Below, one piece after another: positions 40,461 to 53,824 of a stretch of 64,000 nucleotides of DNA. The stretch is from the human T2T-CHM13v2.0 reference genome, Homo sapiens, in NCBI RefSeq assembly GCF_009914755.1, contig NC_060934.1. One strand, 5' to 3'. Within the stretch, counting starts at the first letter, position 1. Each line of letters begins with the position of its first letter. The notes under the pieces were generated by a model. That model did no database searches. It was not told where the DNA came from and saw only the letters and a program-made list of their open reading frames with translations. A program made the translations under genes and the position numbers.

Positions 40461-41594
40461 TGATTAGGATACTAGTTAATAACACCTTAAGTGTATTTTC
40501 TCTGAGCCACATAAATATTTCAAAAGATAACAAAGGACCACAAAATCTTTAGGATCCAAAGAGTAAGATGTCAATCAGTGGGAAAAGGAGACTGCACCCA
40601 ACGACTTCTCAGACCCAATTGTACTGATAGTCACCAGCAACGCTTATAAATGAGACAGTTTCTATTGTAAAAATATTTCTCTTTTCACTAGTTAGGAAAT
40701 AAGGCGCCTCTCCACTGCCACATCAAAAAGAATACTTAGAAATAAACCTAACTTGCTACTCACCACTCACCCTACTGAAACAGTTCACTCTACCTTCTTA
40801 AGACTGCTCTCTCTGCCAGTTCTTGAGGCCTTTTTTGCAAAGACCTGGCAGATAAAATGAATGACAAGTGCCAGTTTTGAGATAAATAGGATGTTAAAAC
40901 CATAATTCTTTAACTTCAGAATTGACAAAACAGCTCTTATCCAAAAATCTCAAAGTGGCTTACACGCTAACCATATGAATTCTTCCTAGACTCCCACCAA
41001 GAAACAAGATGTTTATCCTTCATTTACAGAGGAAATTGAAACTCTAGAATAAATGACTTTCTACGGTGAAGAGATGGTGATGAAAAGACACTGGCCCTGA
41101 GAAGAAAGACTTATGCCAACCCATCCCCTCTCATCACCCTTTTCATCTTTTCCATTCCTTTCTTCAAGAAATACAAGTATGACTTGCAGAGTTTAATCAG
41201 GTTAGTTAGGAACAGGTGGATTCATAACAAAGTTCACAGTCGAACTTCCCAACAGTAAAGTAGTAGGATGCCCCGTTGCTCCCAAATCAAAATTGGAAAT
41301 CTCCAAAGCCCTCTCAGAATGTACTGATATGGTTTGCCTGGAGCTGGAGGTGGTGGGGGCTGGAGGTAAGGGAAGGAGACAAAGGTTTGCTCAAATTAAA
41401 ATCCAACTTAACATATGAAGGGAACTATGTGCAACTGTACACTGGGAATTTAGACTTACCACGGTCTAAAGAAGCCATCACTATGTGTTAATAATACCCC
41501 AGTAGACTAAAGGATGCTGCATTATGGAATGGAAGAAGAGCGATTTTGCAAGGCTTCATCTTGCCAGATTTTAGGCAAGATATGCAACCTTTTT

Positions 41595-42608
41595 AAAAAA
41601 TATTAATTTATTTTTAAAATTGTTATTGTGCTAAGAACACTTAACATGAGATCTACTCTGACAAATTTTTAAGTGCACAATATTTTTAATTGTTAACAAT
41701 ATAGCTATTGCTACCTATAGGCACAGTGTTATACAGCATATCTCTAGAATTTATTCTTGCATAACTATAACTTTATATCTGGTAAACAGCAACGCCCCAT
41801 TTCTCCCTCTCCTCCAGCCCCTGCAACCACCTTCTACTCTCTGTTTCTATGAGTTTGACTATTTTAGATTCCTCATGTAAATGTAATCATGCAGCATTTG
41901 TCCTTCTATGCATGGCTTATTTCACTTAACATAATGTCCTCCAGGTTCATCCATGTTGTTGCATATGACAGGATTTCTTCCTTTTCTTAATAATGAATAA
42001 CATTCCAGTATATGTATATACTACATTTTCTTCATCTTTAAATGGACATTTAGGTTGTTTCTACATCTGGGCTATTATAAATAATACTGCAATGAACATA
42101 AGAGTGCCTATGTCTCTTCAATATCTTGATTTCAATTATTTTGGATATATACCCAGAGATGGGATTGCTGGTTTATATGATAATTCCATTTTTAATTTTT
42201 TGAGGACTCATTATACCGTTTTGTATAGTGGCTGCACAATTTTCTATTCCCACCAACGGTGTACAAGGGCTCCAATTTATTCGTATCTCACCAATATTTG
42301 TTGTCTTTTGGGTTTTTTTTAAATAAAATAACAGCCATCTTGACAAATGTGACGTGATATCATGCTGTTGTTTCATATGCATTTTCCTGATGATAAGTGA
42401 TGTTGAGCACATTTTCATATGCCTGTTGGCTATTTATATGTCTTCTTTGAAGAAACATCTATTCAAGTCCTTTGTCCAGTTTTTAATTGGGTTATCGTCA
42501 TTATCTATTTGCAATTCAGTTGTAGGAGTTCCTTATATATTTTGGATTTTAATCCCTTGTCAGATACATGTTTTGCAAATTTTTTTACAATTCTGTAGAT
42601 TGCCTTTT
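41595..42608 (-). mobile_element. L1 (L1MA9-like), non-inverted 3' portion
   Basis: aacacttaacatgagatctac...tttttaagtgcacaata; ccaggttcatccatgttgttgc; ends tctgtagattgccttt. Confidence 0.9.
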
Positions 42609-43790
42609 TACAACAAACTAAGTATAAAAGTAATTTACCTCAACACAATAAAGTCCATATATGAAAAGCCCCCAGCTAACACCATCATCAATGATGAAAA
42701 CTTCTAACGGTGGGAACAAAGCAAGGATGCCTACTTTCACCACTTTTATTAAATGCAATATAGGAAGTCCTAGCCAGAGTAATTAGGTAAGCAAAAGAAA
42801 TAAAATGTGTCCACATCAGAGAGGAAGTAGTTAAATTACTACTGTTTCCAGATGATATGCTCTTATATACAGAAAATCCTAAAGACTCCACACACACAAA
42901 AAAAACTCTTAGGACAAATAAATGCATAAAGTTGCAAGACACAAGTCAAAATATAAAAATCAGTTTTTTCTATACATTAATGATGAACTATATAAAAAGG
43001 AAATTAAGAAAAAAATCCTATTTATAATTACATCAAATCAAATAAAATACTAAGAAATAAGTTTAACTAAAGAGATGAAAGACTTGCACACTGAAAACTA
43101 CAAATCAAGATACAGGTAAATGGAAAGACATCTTGTGTTTATGGCCAGAAGACTTAATGTTGTCCAAATGTCCATAAAAGCCACCTATAAATTTATTGCA
43201 ATCCCTATCAAAATCCTAATGGCATTTTTTATAGAAATAGGAAAAAGTCCTAAAAGTCATGTGGAACTACAAATGACCCTGAATAACCAAAGCAGTCTTG
43301 AGAAAGAAGAACAAAACTGAAGGCATCAGACTTCCTGATTTCAAAGTATAATACAAAGGTATAATAATTAAAACAGTATGGTGCTGGCATAAAAACAGAC
43401 ATACATACCAATGGAACAGAAAAGAGAGCTCAGAAATGAATGCATATTTATATACAGTCAACTGATTTTGACAATGATGCCAAGAATACATACTGGGGAA
43501 GGGACAATCTTTTCAATAAATGGTATTGTGAAAATTGAAAAACCACACACAAAAGAATAAAACTGGACCCTTATTTTACATCATATGCACATATAAATCA
43601 AGTCAAAATTGAGAAAAAACTTAAGCACAAGACCTAGAACTATAAAACTTCTAGAAGAAAACACAAGGAACAGCATCATGAGATTGGGCTTGGCAATAAT
43701 TTCTTGGATGTGATGCCAAAAGAACAAGCAACAAAGGCAAAATTAGGCAAGTGGGATGACTACAAACTAAAAAGCTCTGCATAGCAAAGG
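42609..43790 (+). mobile_element. Inverted 5' portion (ORF2 remnant) of the same L1
   Basis: ORF 43120 RRLNVVQMSIKATYKFIAIPIKILMAFFIEI resembles L1 ORF2 [33 protein letters not shown]; ends aaactaaaaagctctgcatagcaaagg. Confidence 0.88.
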
Positions 43791-43794
43791 ATAC

Positions 43795-43950
43795 TCAAAC
43801 ACTTTTAAGCCCACTCTCTTCATCTATAAAATGGGAATAATGGTACCTACCTCACATATCTTTGGCTCCAAAATAAGTAAAATATATGATAAATGACTTA
43901 GCACAATGGCTGGCAAATAGGAACTCAATAAAAGGTGTCTATTATTACTA
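43795..43950 (+). mobile_element. 3' half of the MIR hosting the L1
   Basis: cttcatctataaaatgggaataatggtacctacctca...cttagcacaatggctggcaaataggaactcaataaa. Confidence 0.75.
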
Positions 43951-45538
43951 GTGAAATTGATTTTTTACCCCAGTGTAATTACTGGACATTTCAGGAATGT
44001 GGGAGTTATCCACAGCAAGTTGAAAAGAGAAATAAAATGAAAAAACCCAAACTGTGATATTTTTCACTCAACCATTACTTCCTGAGAGTGATACTATGAA
44101 GAAAGGGAAGATTCAAGTTAAACCAGGGAATTCCTTCCTATTTTCAATTTTTATAAAGATAGAAAGAATGAAGAACATTTGCTTCTTTCTGGATATAGAT
44201 TCAGAACACTGGAAATAACAAAGAGATCACAAATTCATACATTTGTAATACCATCTAAAATTTGTAATGACTTTCCAATTATCTTACCAAAGAGAAAACT
44301 GAAAATAAGGGATTGACAAATAAGAAAATTAGTGCTATTTCAATTAAAATCAGGTAGCCTGACAACAGCACATGGGTTTTATTTTGAAAAGTGTAAGCAG
44401 GAGGAAGACTTAAATATAGATATTCTGACCCAGGGTCCAGATCTTTCTACTACACTACCATGTATAAAAATGGCTAGTCATCATGTTTTCTTGGTTTGAT
44501 GCCAAGAATGCAAGGTTGGCTTAATAGAGTAATGTAATTTACCTCATTAACAGCTTAAAGGATAAATACCATCTGATCATTTCTGCAGATGTCAAAATAA
44601 TAATTCAACAAAATATAACATGTATTCACGATAAAAATAAACAAATTAGAAATAGAAAAAAACTTCATTTTCCAGATATCTTTAAAAAGTATATTTATAC
44701 AAAAACCTTTAGAAAGTAACACATTTAATGGCAAAATGTTAAAAGCATTACATCTAAGAGTAGGAACAAGCTAAAAATTCCCACCATTACTACTCCTACT
44801 GGAGTAGCATAGTAAGATAAAAAACTATATACATATATAGGAATTGGAATTATATTATTATTAATATAAAACTCAAAAGAATTAGCGAATAAATTATTAA
44901 TAGGTGAGCTTAAAAGATTAAATAATTTGTTAAATTTAGTCATTTTAAAATGTGATGTATTAAAGCTACCATCATAATAGTTATACATACATATATATTT
45001 CTTAGGAATAAATCTAAGTACATATAGGTGCTTTATAAAGAAAATGAGAAAACTTTAATGAAAGACTACAGAGACCTAAATAGATATCTAAATAATTCAT
45101 GGATAAGAAGATTTGAAGTGTTAATTTCCCCCAAAGTAATCCATGTATTCAATGCAATTCCATTGAAAATTCCAAAAGGAATATTTACGAAACTGGATGA
45201 GATGATTCTGCAGTTTATACGGAAACATAACTTGGAAGGAGGATTCGTCTTGCAGATCTCATGCATTTTATGAAGCTATAGTAGTTAAGACAGTGAGATA
45301 CTGGCATGTGTATGAGAAATAAGCCAATGGAATAGAACAGAATGCTCAGAAATAAGCCCATGCTTATATGGAGATTTGTCACAGAAGGATATTGAAGACC
45401 ATCAGGAAAATGACAGACAATTCAATCAATGATGCAGAGACATCATTCCAAATGCAAAAACCTTAAATGGCATATCCTCCTCACATGCTACACAAAATAC
45501 ATCCCTGGTGAATTTTATTATATTTAACAAGAAAAATG

Positions 45539-45830
45539 GGCTGGGCATGGTGGCTCACGCCTGTAATCCCAGCACTTTGGGAGGCCAAGGCCAGTGGATC
45601 ATGAGGTCAGGAGATTGAGATCATCCTGGCTAACATGGTGAAACCCTGTCTCTACTAAAAAATACAAAAAATTAGCTGGGCGTGGTGGTGGGCACCTGTA
45701 GTCCCAGCTACTCAGGAGGCTGACGCAGAAGAATGGTATGAACTCGGGAGGTGGAGCTTGCAGTGAGCTGAGATCACACCACTGCACTCTAGCCTGGGCG
45801 ACAGAGCGAGACTCTGCCTCAAAAAAAAAA
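45539..45830 (+). mobile_element. AluY
   Basis: ggagattgagatcatcctggctaac and gaatggtatgaactcgggaggtggagcttgcag (Y diagnostics). Confidence 0.93.
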
Positions 45831-46106
45831 CCAAAACATTTTTTAGGAGAAATAGGAGTTTATGATCTTCAGGTAGAAGTTCTTAAACAAAACATTAATA
45901 CATAATCCATTAAAGAAGATTTGTAAGTATGGTTACATTAAAATAAAAAATTTCTGTTCACCAAAAGGTATTAAGAAGAGTGAATACATAAGCCACCAAA
46001 TGGAGATATTACATTTATAAATGACAAAGGATAAGTATCATGAACACATAACTGATAAAAATTAAGAAAAAGACAAACAAGTGATAGAAAAATGTGCAAA
46101 AGGTAT

Positions 46107-46475
46107 TGCTATGGTTTGAATGTGTTCCCCAAAATTCATGTGTTAGAAACTTAATCTCCAATGCAACAGTGTTGAGAGGTGTGGCCTAATAAGAGGTGAT
46201 TAGATCATGAGAGCAAAGCCTAATAATATTATTATCATGGGAGTCAGTTGGTTGTCACAAGAGTGGGCTTTTTTGATCCTCTCTGCTCTCTTACACTTGC
46301 ACTCTCTTGCCCTTCCACCTTCCACCACAGGATGATGCAACACAAAGGCCCTCACCAGATGCCGGTGCCATGCTCTTGGACTTCCCAGCCTCCAGAACTG
46401 TGAGCCAAATAAATTCGTATTGCTTACACCCAGTCTCATTTATTTTGTTATAGCAACACAAAATGGACTAAGACA
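46107..46475 (+). mobile_element. MaLR solo LTR (MSTB/MSTD-like)
   Basis: tgctatggtttgaatgtgttccccaaaattcatgtgttagaaacttaatc...gcaacacaaaatggactaagaca. Confidence 0.88.
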
Positions 46476-48501
46476 TACAACAAACTGGGAGTTTACAAAA
46501 GAGTAAATGCAAATGTCCTATGAACAAAAATGTTGTACTTCACTGATAATCAGGCAAATAACAAAAATCACCTAACACTTAGCATTGTATTATCACTTCA
46601 CACTATCAGACTGGCAATTGTAAGTTTTGATGAAGATAGAGAAAAAAAAAAACAAGCAATGCCCGTTGACCAGTGGTTAGAGATTAAAGTAGTACAACCT
46701 CTTGGGAAACATTTTGACATGACTCAAGTTTTGTTTATTCTCAGATCCAACAATTCCACTTCTTGGCATAAACCCTGGAGAAACTCTTGCACAGGAAACA
46801 TAATTCAAGAATGTACACACAGTGTTGTCACACTCGTGAAAATATGGAAACAAGCCAGATGTTTATCAACGGTAGACTGAATCAATAGATGTGCTAGATT
46901 CACAATTGCACATTATATATCAATGTTAAGGAACCTCAAAGATAATGTAAATTTAAGAAGAAGGAGAAGAATACTTGCAGGATGATTCCAGTTATATAGA
47001 GTTAGGCAAAACTAAATGTATTACTTGGGAATAATTCCACAGTACCACAACCAAGAAAAGCAATGAAATTATTCACCCAAAATACAGACTGGTTGATACC
47101 TCCAGGTGGGGTGGGAGAGTGTGCAGTCAAGCAGGGGCACCCAGGGGATTCCTAAGTGCCACTAATGTTGTTTCCTAACCATACTGGTAGTTATATTGAT
47201 GTTTATTTTATTCTTCTTCTTTATACTAGCCATATGTTTGATATATTATTTTGTGCATATGATGTATTTTCTGATTCTTTAATATAAGAAATAGGCATAT
47301 TTGGCTTTAAACCATTGTGATGTTAAAACTCAAGGTCTCACAGACCAGAGGTCCAAACTGCTTAGTGTGAACTAATAAAAAAGAAACAGGTAAACAAACA
47401 TATTAGGTGTCCTCCACGTTCACAAGGCTTGACATAGATACAATAATAAGGCCATATGGCTTTGCAGTAAATGCAATATCTCTGCAAAGTATTGCAATCC
47501 ATAGTTCACTGACCCTCACTATAGGCGTTATTATTATGCTCTCTTCATGTGTAGTGTAAACTGGCCCCCGATTCAGGCAGATTCAAATGGACAAATCAGT
47601 GAAATGGAAGCCTGCAGTATTCTTTTAAAAAAAGACTAATAAAGACATAAAGGCGTTTTCTCTACAACAGTGAGCACATTCTGCATTGCGTTAACCTGCT
47701 GACACTATTTGTAATGGCATAGAAAGGTCACTAAAGCCTAAATCCGCTCAGCAAGATTCGCTACCACGATCTTCTAAAAAACACGAGCTTTATTAAATAT
47801 CAGCTCTCATCTTATTTCCAAGAAGGCAATCCAAAGGTTATGGTGGGCTCAGGTGTGAGGAGCGTGTCTATTATTGCGTCTTGCATTTGCATAGCATCTG
47901 CCCTCAGAATCATTCAGCACGTCTCCTTTACAGTCTCACATTAATCGGCAATCTATCCTGGTATCAGGGGGATGGGATAAGCTGGGATTCCCTGCTTTTT
48001 TTTAAATGGGGAAACTAAAGTCAGACAAGAAGACAAAGTATTTTTAGTAATGAGATTAATTCTCTCCCTCGTTAAAGCAGTAATTCCAAAGGATGTCAGC
48101 CTGTATGAACTCAGGCCTTGGCATAGTTTTACATGGAGTGGAAGAAATGAGGGGGCCCAACATCAACATGCTTGGAGGGCTTTGCAACCTTCCAGATTAC
48201 CCCAGTGGGTGAGCCCCTTAGTATGGCATCAGGTACATGGGAAAGCCACCTCCTGATTTCACTCCTGCCTCCATGTGATGCCCTAGTTTTACTGGGAGGA
48301 TTTACTTGGGGTGATGAAATACCTAACTTCCACTAAAGACCCAATTCACTTTTATTTGATTTTTTTAAAAAGTGAAGTGATTCACAAACTTCAAATCAAG
48401 AGAAAACAAAAGCTGATTTTGTTTCTGTTTTGCTGGTTGAGATGCAAAGAGGAGAGATGTTGTAGTCACCCTAGTCCCATTTCTTGAGCTTTCCATTTCA
48501 G

Positions 48502-48785
48502 CTTCTGCTGCCTCAGTTTCTTCATGTCTCCCAATTCCAGACCAAGGAAACTGCTGCACTCAGCTCATAGTTTGTGGCAGATCCATTAGAGTCATATGCT
48601 AAGGGCATTGTCTGGAATCTGGGCTACCCCTTCTCCAGTGGGGACATGGTGAGAGGAGATGAGGAGGGGATGGCGCTTACAAAATCCAGCTGCAGCACAT
48701 GGGCTGTGGGTGGCTGGCTCTCCCTTAGGTGGAGTTTGGGAGAGGGGGAGTTGGCAGAAATAAAGCTTCTTGTTTAATTCACATC
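48502..48785 (+). ncRNA. Candidate terminal exon of a non-coding transcript
   Basis: Acceptor ttcttgagctttccatttcAG at 48500-48501; AATAAA at 48759-48764. Motif evidence only. Confidence 0.25.
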
Positions 48786-51015
48786 TTAAAGATATGTACT
48801 ACTTAATGAGAAAAAGCCTCTGTATATACTAACATGTACATAAATTCAACGTAATAAGCCTTCAAAATAGAACTGCTAGGTTATCTCAAAAATAATTTAA
48901 GAAAATGAAATGCAGCAGTTTAAACGGGGTCAACATAAATGGGTGAAACGATCTTTTTCGAAATGCCATGACATGTTATGACTCTCTTTGCCTAGGTGCT
49001 TTATTAAGAATTTTTTTTCCTATGACTGTTTCTATTTTTAAATTACTTAACAAGAAGTGACTTCATGGCTGTGGGAGAAAATGCAAAAATAATCACCTCG
49101 CCTGGCGACGGGGGGTCTCTGGTCATAACTCACTTCCTACTCCCAGCGGAAGAAAAATAGAGCCAAGGGAGACTGGGTGATGTGTGCAAAATTTTAAGCC
49201 CTTTATCGGGTGAGAATATTTCCTGCAGAGGCCTTTGGCCAAAGTAATCAAATTCTAGCCTGGCTGCTCACAGCCAGGAACACACAGATGGAAGCCCCAG
49301 GCCAGGGCTCCATAGAAAGAGCTAATATTTGATCTCCTGCTCTGAGATGTGGAGGGCAGAGTCCTTTGCCCTGCAGCAGAATTCTCTGCTCAACCTCATT
49401 CCCCTGGCTGTCTCCTGAGAACAGCCCTCCTGCCCTTGCCTCTCTCAAGCCTCTGGGCCTGTCCTTCCAGTGGTCATGTTTCTGACCCCCATGCCTTTGT
49501 GACTCGCCTCCAAACTGCCCTCAGGTGTCAGCTGGCTCCATCTCCCTGCAGTGTCTGCAACACTCAGATGATCCCACGCATACCAGTGAAATGGGTTAGT
49601 ATCGCTGATTCCTTAATATAAAAATGCTAATGTGGAAACCAAATGAGAAAGAGATCAAATGCTTAATGCCAAAAGGGAATTCATGAATTCTTGTCTATTT
49701 TCTCATTTATATTCTTGAGTCGTTACCATAAATTACAACCACTCTCTGCCCCAATCCCTCGCCCACTTGGGGCATTTCTCCACCATAGGATCCTCATTTT
49801 TTGCAGCTCTGTCTTCATTATCATCTCAGGGAGGAAGAGCAAAGGGAAATGAAGCGCATACAACTCCCTTTCCCCCCAGTTCTCATCCTGTCCTAACTTA
49901 GTGAAAGGAAATATGTGGCCTTTGTGCTCCAGTCCTTCCTTCTGTGCCAGGGGAGACAACATCAGTAAATCACAGAACTCTCCGAGCCCAGACACAGCTT
50001 CTCAATACTTCTCATCGTAGTGCTGCCCATGTCAGGGGCAACTGAACAGAAATAGCTCACAAGATGAAACCTATTTGTCATCTCCCACCAAAAACAATCC
50101 TGCCAGATCCAGAGAATGCCAGCTCTCCACAGGTTCTTTTCAGATGTTCTCTTTCTCATTTTTTTTTTTTTCTTAGAAAGTTCAAGAAGATATAGAAGAA
50201 GAACATGCCTATCACTCAGGCTGCCATTTTAGGAAATCATACTTGGAGCAAAAGTGATAGGTGTACTTCTAAGGCACATGACAGTCAGGTCATTACAGAC
50301 AAACAAGGGGGAAACAGCCCCTTATCACATGCTTTGCTAAACTTCCATCCTTATTCCTGCAGCTCTAATCATATCACAGTGTCCAGAAGGATGGGAGTAA
50401 AATCCAAGGAGGCAGGCAGACCCAGGAGTAAAGTCAGACCATGAGAACCAGGGTCAAAAAGGCAGAGAGGGAACTCTGGAACTGTGTAAGGAAGTATGGA
50501 TGGCTCATCATTATCAGAATCACTCCAGGAAACTTCATTTGTGAGGTGAACAAATATTGTCTTCAATGCTTCCTACCTCCCCAACACCCACTAGAACCTA
50601 TTCTGGGTATCCTGGGTCCTCCTGACTGGACCCCAGGCCTTTTTCAAATTCCTGCATGTGTTTAATAAGCACCTACTCTACGTTAACCACTTTTTGTAAA
50701 GTGCTGTGTGTATAGAAAACATATGAGGCAGAGGACCTGTAACCTGGCCACAGACATAAGATATTCAGGACAGTTGATGATTGAGGGCCCAGGTAAGCGG
50801 CTCTGGGATGAGCCCCTGGGAGTCCAAGGAGGCAGAGCCTTATGGTGACTGGAGACTATATAGCGGCCATGAATGGCGATATGAAGTGGTTGTATTTTGG
50901 CTAGGCTTTTAGGAGGTGAAAAGCCAAGATCTTAACATCAGTTCTGCCACAGACCAGCAATTAATGTTATCTCTCTGGGTTTTCTCAGCTGTTACACGAG
51001 GGAAATAAACTAGAT

Positions 51016-51227
51016 CAGAAACCAGCATGACCTGAGGGCCAAATCCAACCCAATGCCTGTTTTTGTAAATAAAGTTTTATTGGAACATAGCCATATTTGC
51101 TTCTTTATCTAAGTTTGCTTTCACACTACCAAGACAAAGGTGAGCAGTTGTGACAATAATTGTATGTTCCACAAGGCCTAAAATATTTACTATCTGGCCC
51201 TTTGCAGAAAAAAATTGCCATCCTCTG
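51016..51227. mobile_element. MER58A (hAT-Charlie)
   Basis: gggccaaatcc...gtttttgtaaataaagttttattggaacatagcca...cctaaaatatttactatctggccctttgcagaaaaaaattgcc. Confidence 0.9.
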
Positions 51228-52014
51228 CACCATATCAAAAACTCCCAAGATCCAGTGTCTACATGAATCTGACAGGTAAATATACACCAGTACACCAGTA
51301 AAGTAGGGAAGATATAAGAAAAATCACTGAATCCTCTTGGTCTAGTTTTCATCTTCTCAGTTTTGATTATAAACAGAGCATACAGAGGGCTATTTCTCCA
51401 CTGGAAGAAAAGCACAATGAAAAAAACAATGCAACTGGCCCTCAGTCTCTGTGTGGGGTAGGATCTGTGGCAAACCAGGCAGGACACCCATGCCCTGCCT
51501 GAGGGAAGCCTCCACTCAGCTGCAAGAAAATACTGGCCCACTGTTGCCTGCTTCTGTGTGTTTTCTAGAGAAGCTACGAGTGTAGATTTTTATGTGACAT
51601 CTCTCCACTTAAAAAAAATTAATTTTCAGTTTAGGAACAAGCCAAGCTCTCTGCATAACACCCTTGTCTTGTGGTGGCCACTTTTTGACCTTGGGATCAA
51701 CACGTTGCTGATTGGCTGGATCTGTGTTCGTGGCCTTTCTAGGGAAGAGCCCTTCAGAAGACAGGGAAGAACAGGAGAACGAAGGCCTCCCAAAGGGAAA
51801 GCACTGAGAAGGATGGAAGTAGCTGTTAGGAGCAATGAGTAGGGGAGGAGGACACTCGAGTGAGGCAGGAGGGAAAGGGAATAATCTTGGGAGGGGCTCC
51901 CTTTCCGGATTGAAGCAGGAGGTAGTGTCTGGATTACTCAGAGGATGAAATGGTGTTTTGAGATCAAATTTTATGGTGGAGTTACCTAAAGTGTTGGGGA
52001 AAAAGAGTTTGCCA

Positions 52015-52126
52015 AAGGATGACCAAAGTTTCCCATTTCCCTGGGACGGAGCCATTTCTTTGGACACCAGACATTCAGCGATCAAACTGGGACAGTTCTG
52101 GGACAATGGACATTTGGCCAGCCTTG
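52015..52126. mobile_element. MER81-like (hAT-Blackjack) MITE
   Basis: aggatgaccaaagtttcccatttccctgggac...acattcagcgatcaaactgggacagttctggg...ttggccagcct. Confidence 0.65.
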
Positions 52127-53092
52127 TAGAGACAAGATGAGCTTTCAGAAGGCTACCCCAGTAGTCCAGATAGAAGGTGACAAGATTCCTGAGCTAAGGA
52201 TATCCCATTCTCTTCTGATGGAAAACTTCTTGTCAAAGTGTCCATAAAAAAGAACAGTCTGCTTTGCTTTGTTCCAGGTGCATTTTAGCCATAGCCTCTG
52301 GCTGCAAAACCTTACCCCAATGGACTGGTTCAGCAGCAAGAACATGGCCACGTGGGCTGGCCTGGGGAGAAGCTATTGAGTAGGAGCCATCGGGTGCAGG
52401 AGGGAAAGCTTGCTGCCACTAATACTAATAAAGGCTCCCATGGAGGGGTACCTGCTATAGCCTGGTACTTCACTTAATATTTATAAGGACCCACATAATG
52501 CAAGGATTGTTTTCACCCCGTGTGGCAAGTGAGGCAGCTGAAAAGGTTGAGTAATTTGTCTGTTGTCAACAAACGTGGGAGCCAGAATGTAAATTGAGCA
52601 TCATTCCAATCTCCATTCCCCAGCACACCTCACCTCTCCCCACTCTACAGTCCTTGCCTCCTCTGTCCTTTTGGGGGCTCTGGCCATAAGCACAGAAGCC
52701 TATCTCCTGGGAACTCAATGAGCCGCCTCAGACAAGACACATCAACTACCAGAAAGGAGCCAGTAGCCTGAAGGGAATTCAGAGGAGAGCCACATGAATA
52801 ATTAAGAGCCTAGAAGGATTGATCTGTCAGGGAAGATTAGAAGAATACAGTATGTGTAGTTTGGCTAAGCTGAGACCGAAGGAGCAGGCGTCTGGGAGTG
52901 GGGAGGGGCTAGAGCACAGAGTCCTTGCAGAATGGGTGGGCTGTCTGCTTGTTATAACATGAGGAAGCAGAGCTGGGAAGAAGACATGAGAAAGAGAAAG
53001 TGCAAAGTGAAGGCTGAAGAATGATTTCCCAAGGAACAAATTTCTCCCCAGAATCCAGAGAGGAACTCAGTCTAGTTCCTCTAGAACTAGAA

Positions 53093-53135
53093 CTTTTATA
53101 CCTTCGTGTAGGAGCCCTACACGAAGGTATAAAAG
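53093..53135. repeat. Perfect inverted repeat, 20-bp arms, 3-nt loop
   Basis: cttttataccttcgtgtagg-agc-cctacacgaaggtataaaag. Confidence 0.97.
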
Positions 53136-53824
53136 CCCAATAGCTCTGTTTTCCCTCTTTCCAAGTGGAATGTATTTCCTTAGCAAAATAATAAATTCAA
53201 GTTCCTTGCCATATCTCTCGAGTCCCCAGGTCTTCTCCAGGTCTCTGACCTCTGACGTTAAACTGCTTTATTCTGTAACAGTCAACTCTGAATTACCCAG
53301 GAGAGAGAAGGCTTGGAGGTATGATGGGCTGATCTGAGCACTGACTTTGCCATGCCCTGCACCAAGCTTAGAATAAAATTCTCATCCTGTATTCACTTGC
53401 CCAAGGTCACATAAGTGGTTTAGACAGTCTGCAATTTTTAAAAAATTCCAAGCCCCACTCTTACTTATTTGTTTCTTAAGGCAATTTAGCATCAGTTCTG
53501 TCATGAACTAGCAATTGATGTTATCTCTCTGGGTTTTCTCATCTGTAAAGTGAGGGAAATAAGCACTTGGCCAAAAACTGGGTCTGTAGTGGCAACCAAG
53601 GCAGGGTTGGTCCCTACTTTCATGGGATGTATAATCTGAATGAGGAAGATGAACATTAAAGTAATATTTAACAGGTCATTGATGTAAAATGGTGAAAGTA
53701 AATAATGCAATGTTTATGATGTTGTGAAACAAGAAGACAGCTCCATCTAAGGAGACAGAAGGGCTTCTCCTCCAAGGAAAGTGTAAGAAACTAAGGCCAG
53801 AATGTTAGGTCGGAGGGGAGGTGT

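Larger units (their letters stand above)
44490..47270 (+). mobile_element. Old L1M (ME-like) ORF2/3'UTR remnant hosting AluY and an MST LTR
   Basis: ccaagaatgcaaggttggcttaa; ORF 45028 SWIRRFEVLISPKVIHVFNAIPLKIP is L1 ORF2-like. Confidence 0.8.

Noticed and set aside
43120-45273. ORFs resembling reverse-transcriptase-associated protein
   Set aside because: Decayed L1 ORF2 fragments with stops and frameshifts, not host genes
51077-52106. 154-aa and 165-aa minus-strand ORFs
   Set aside because: Overlap MER58A and MER81 repeats; non-ATG starts; no domain
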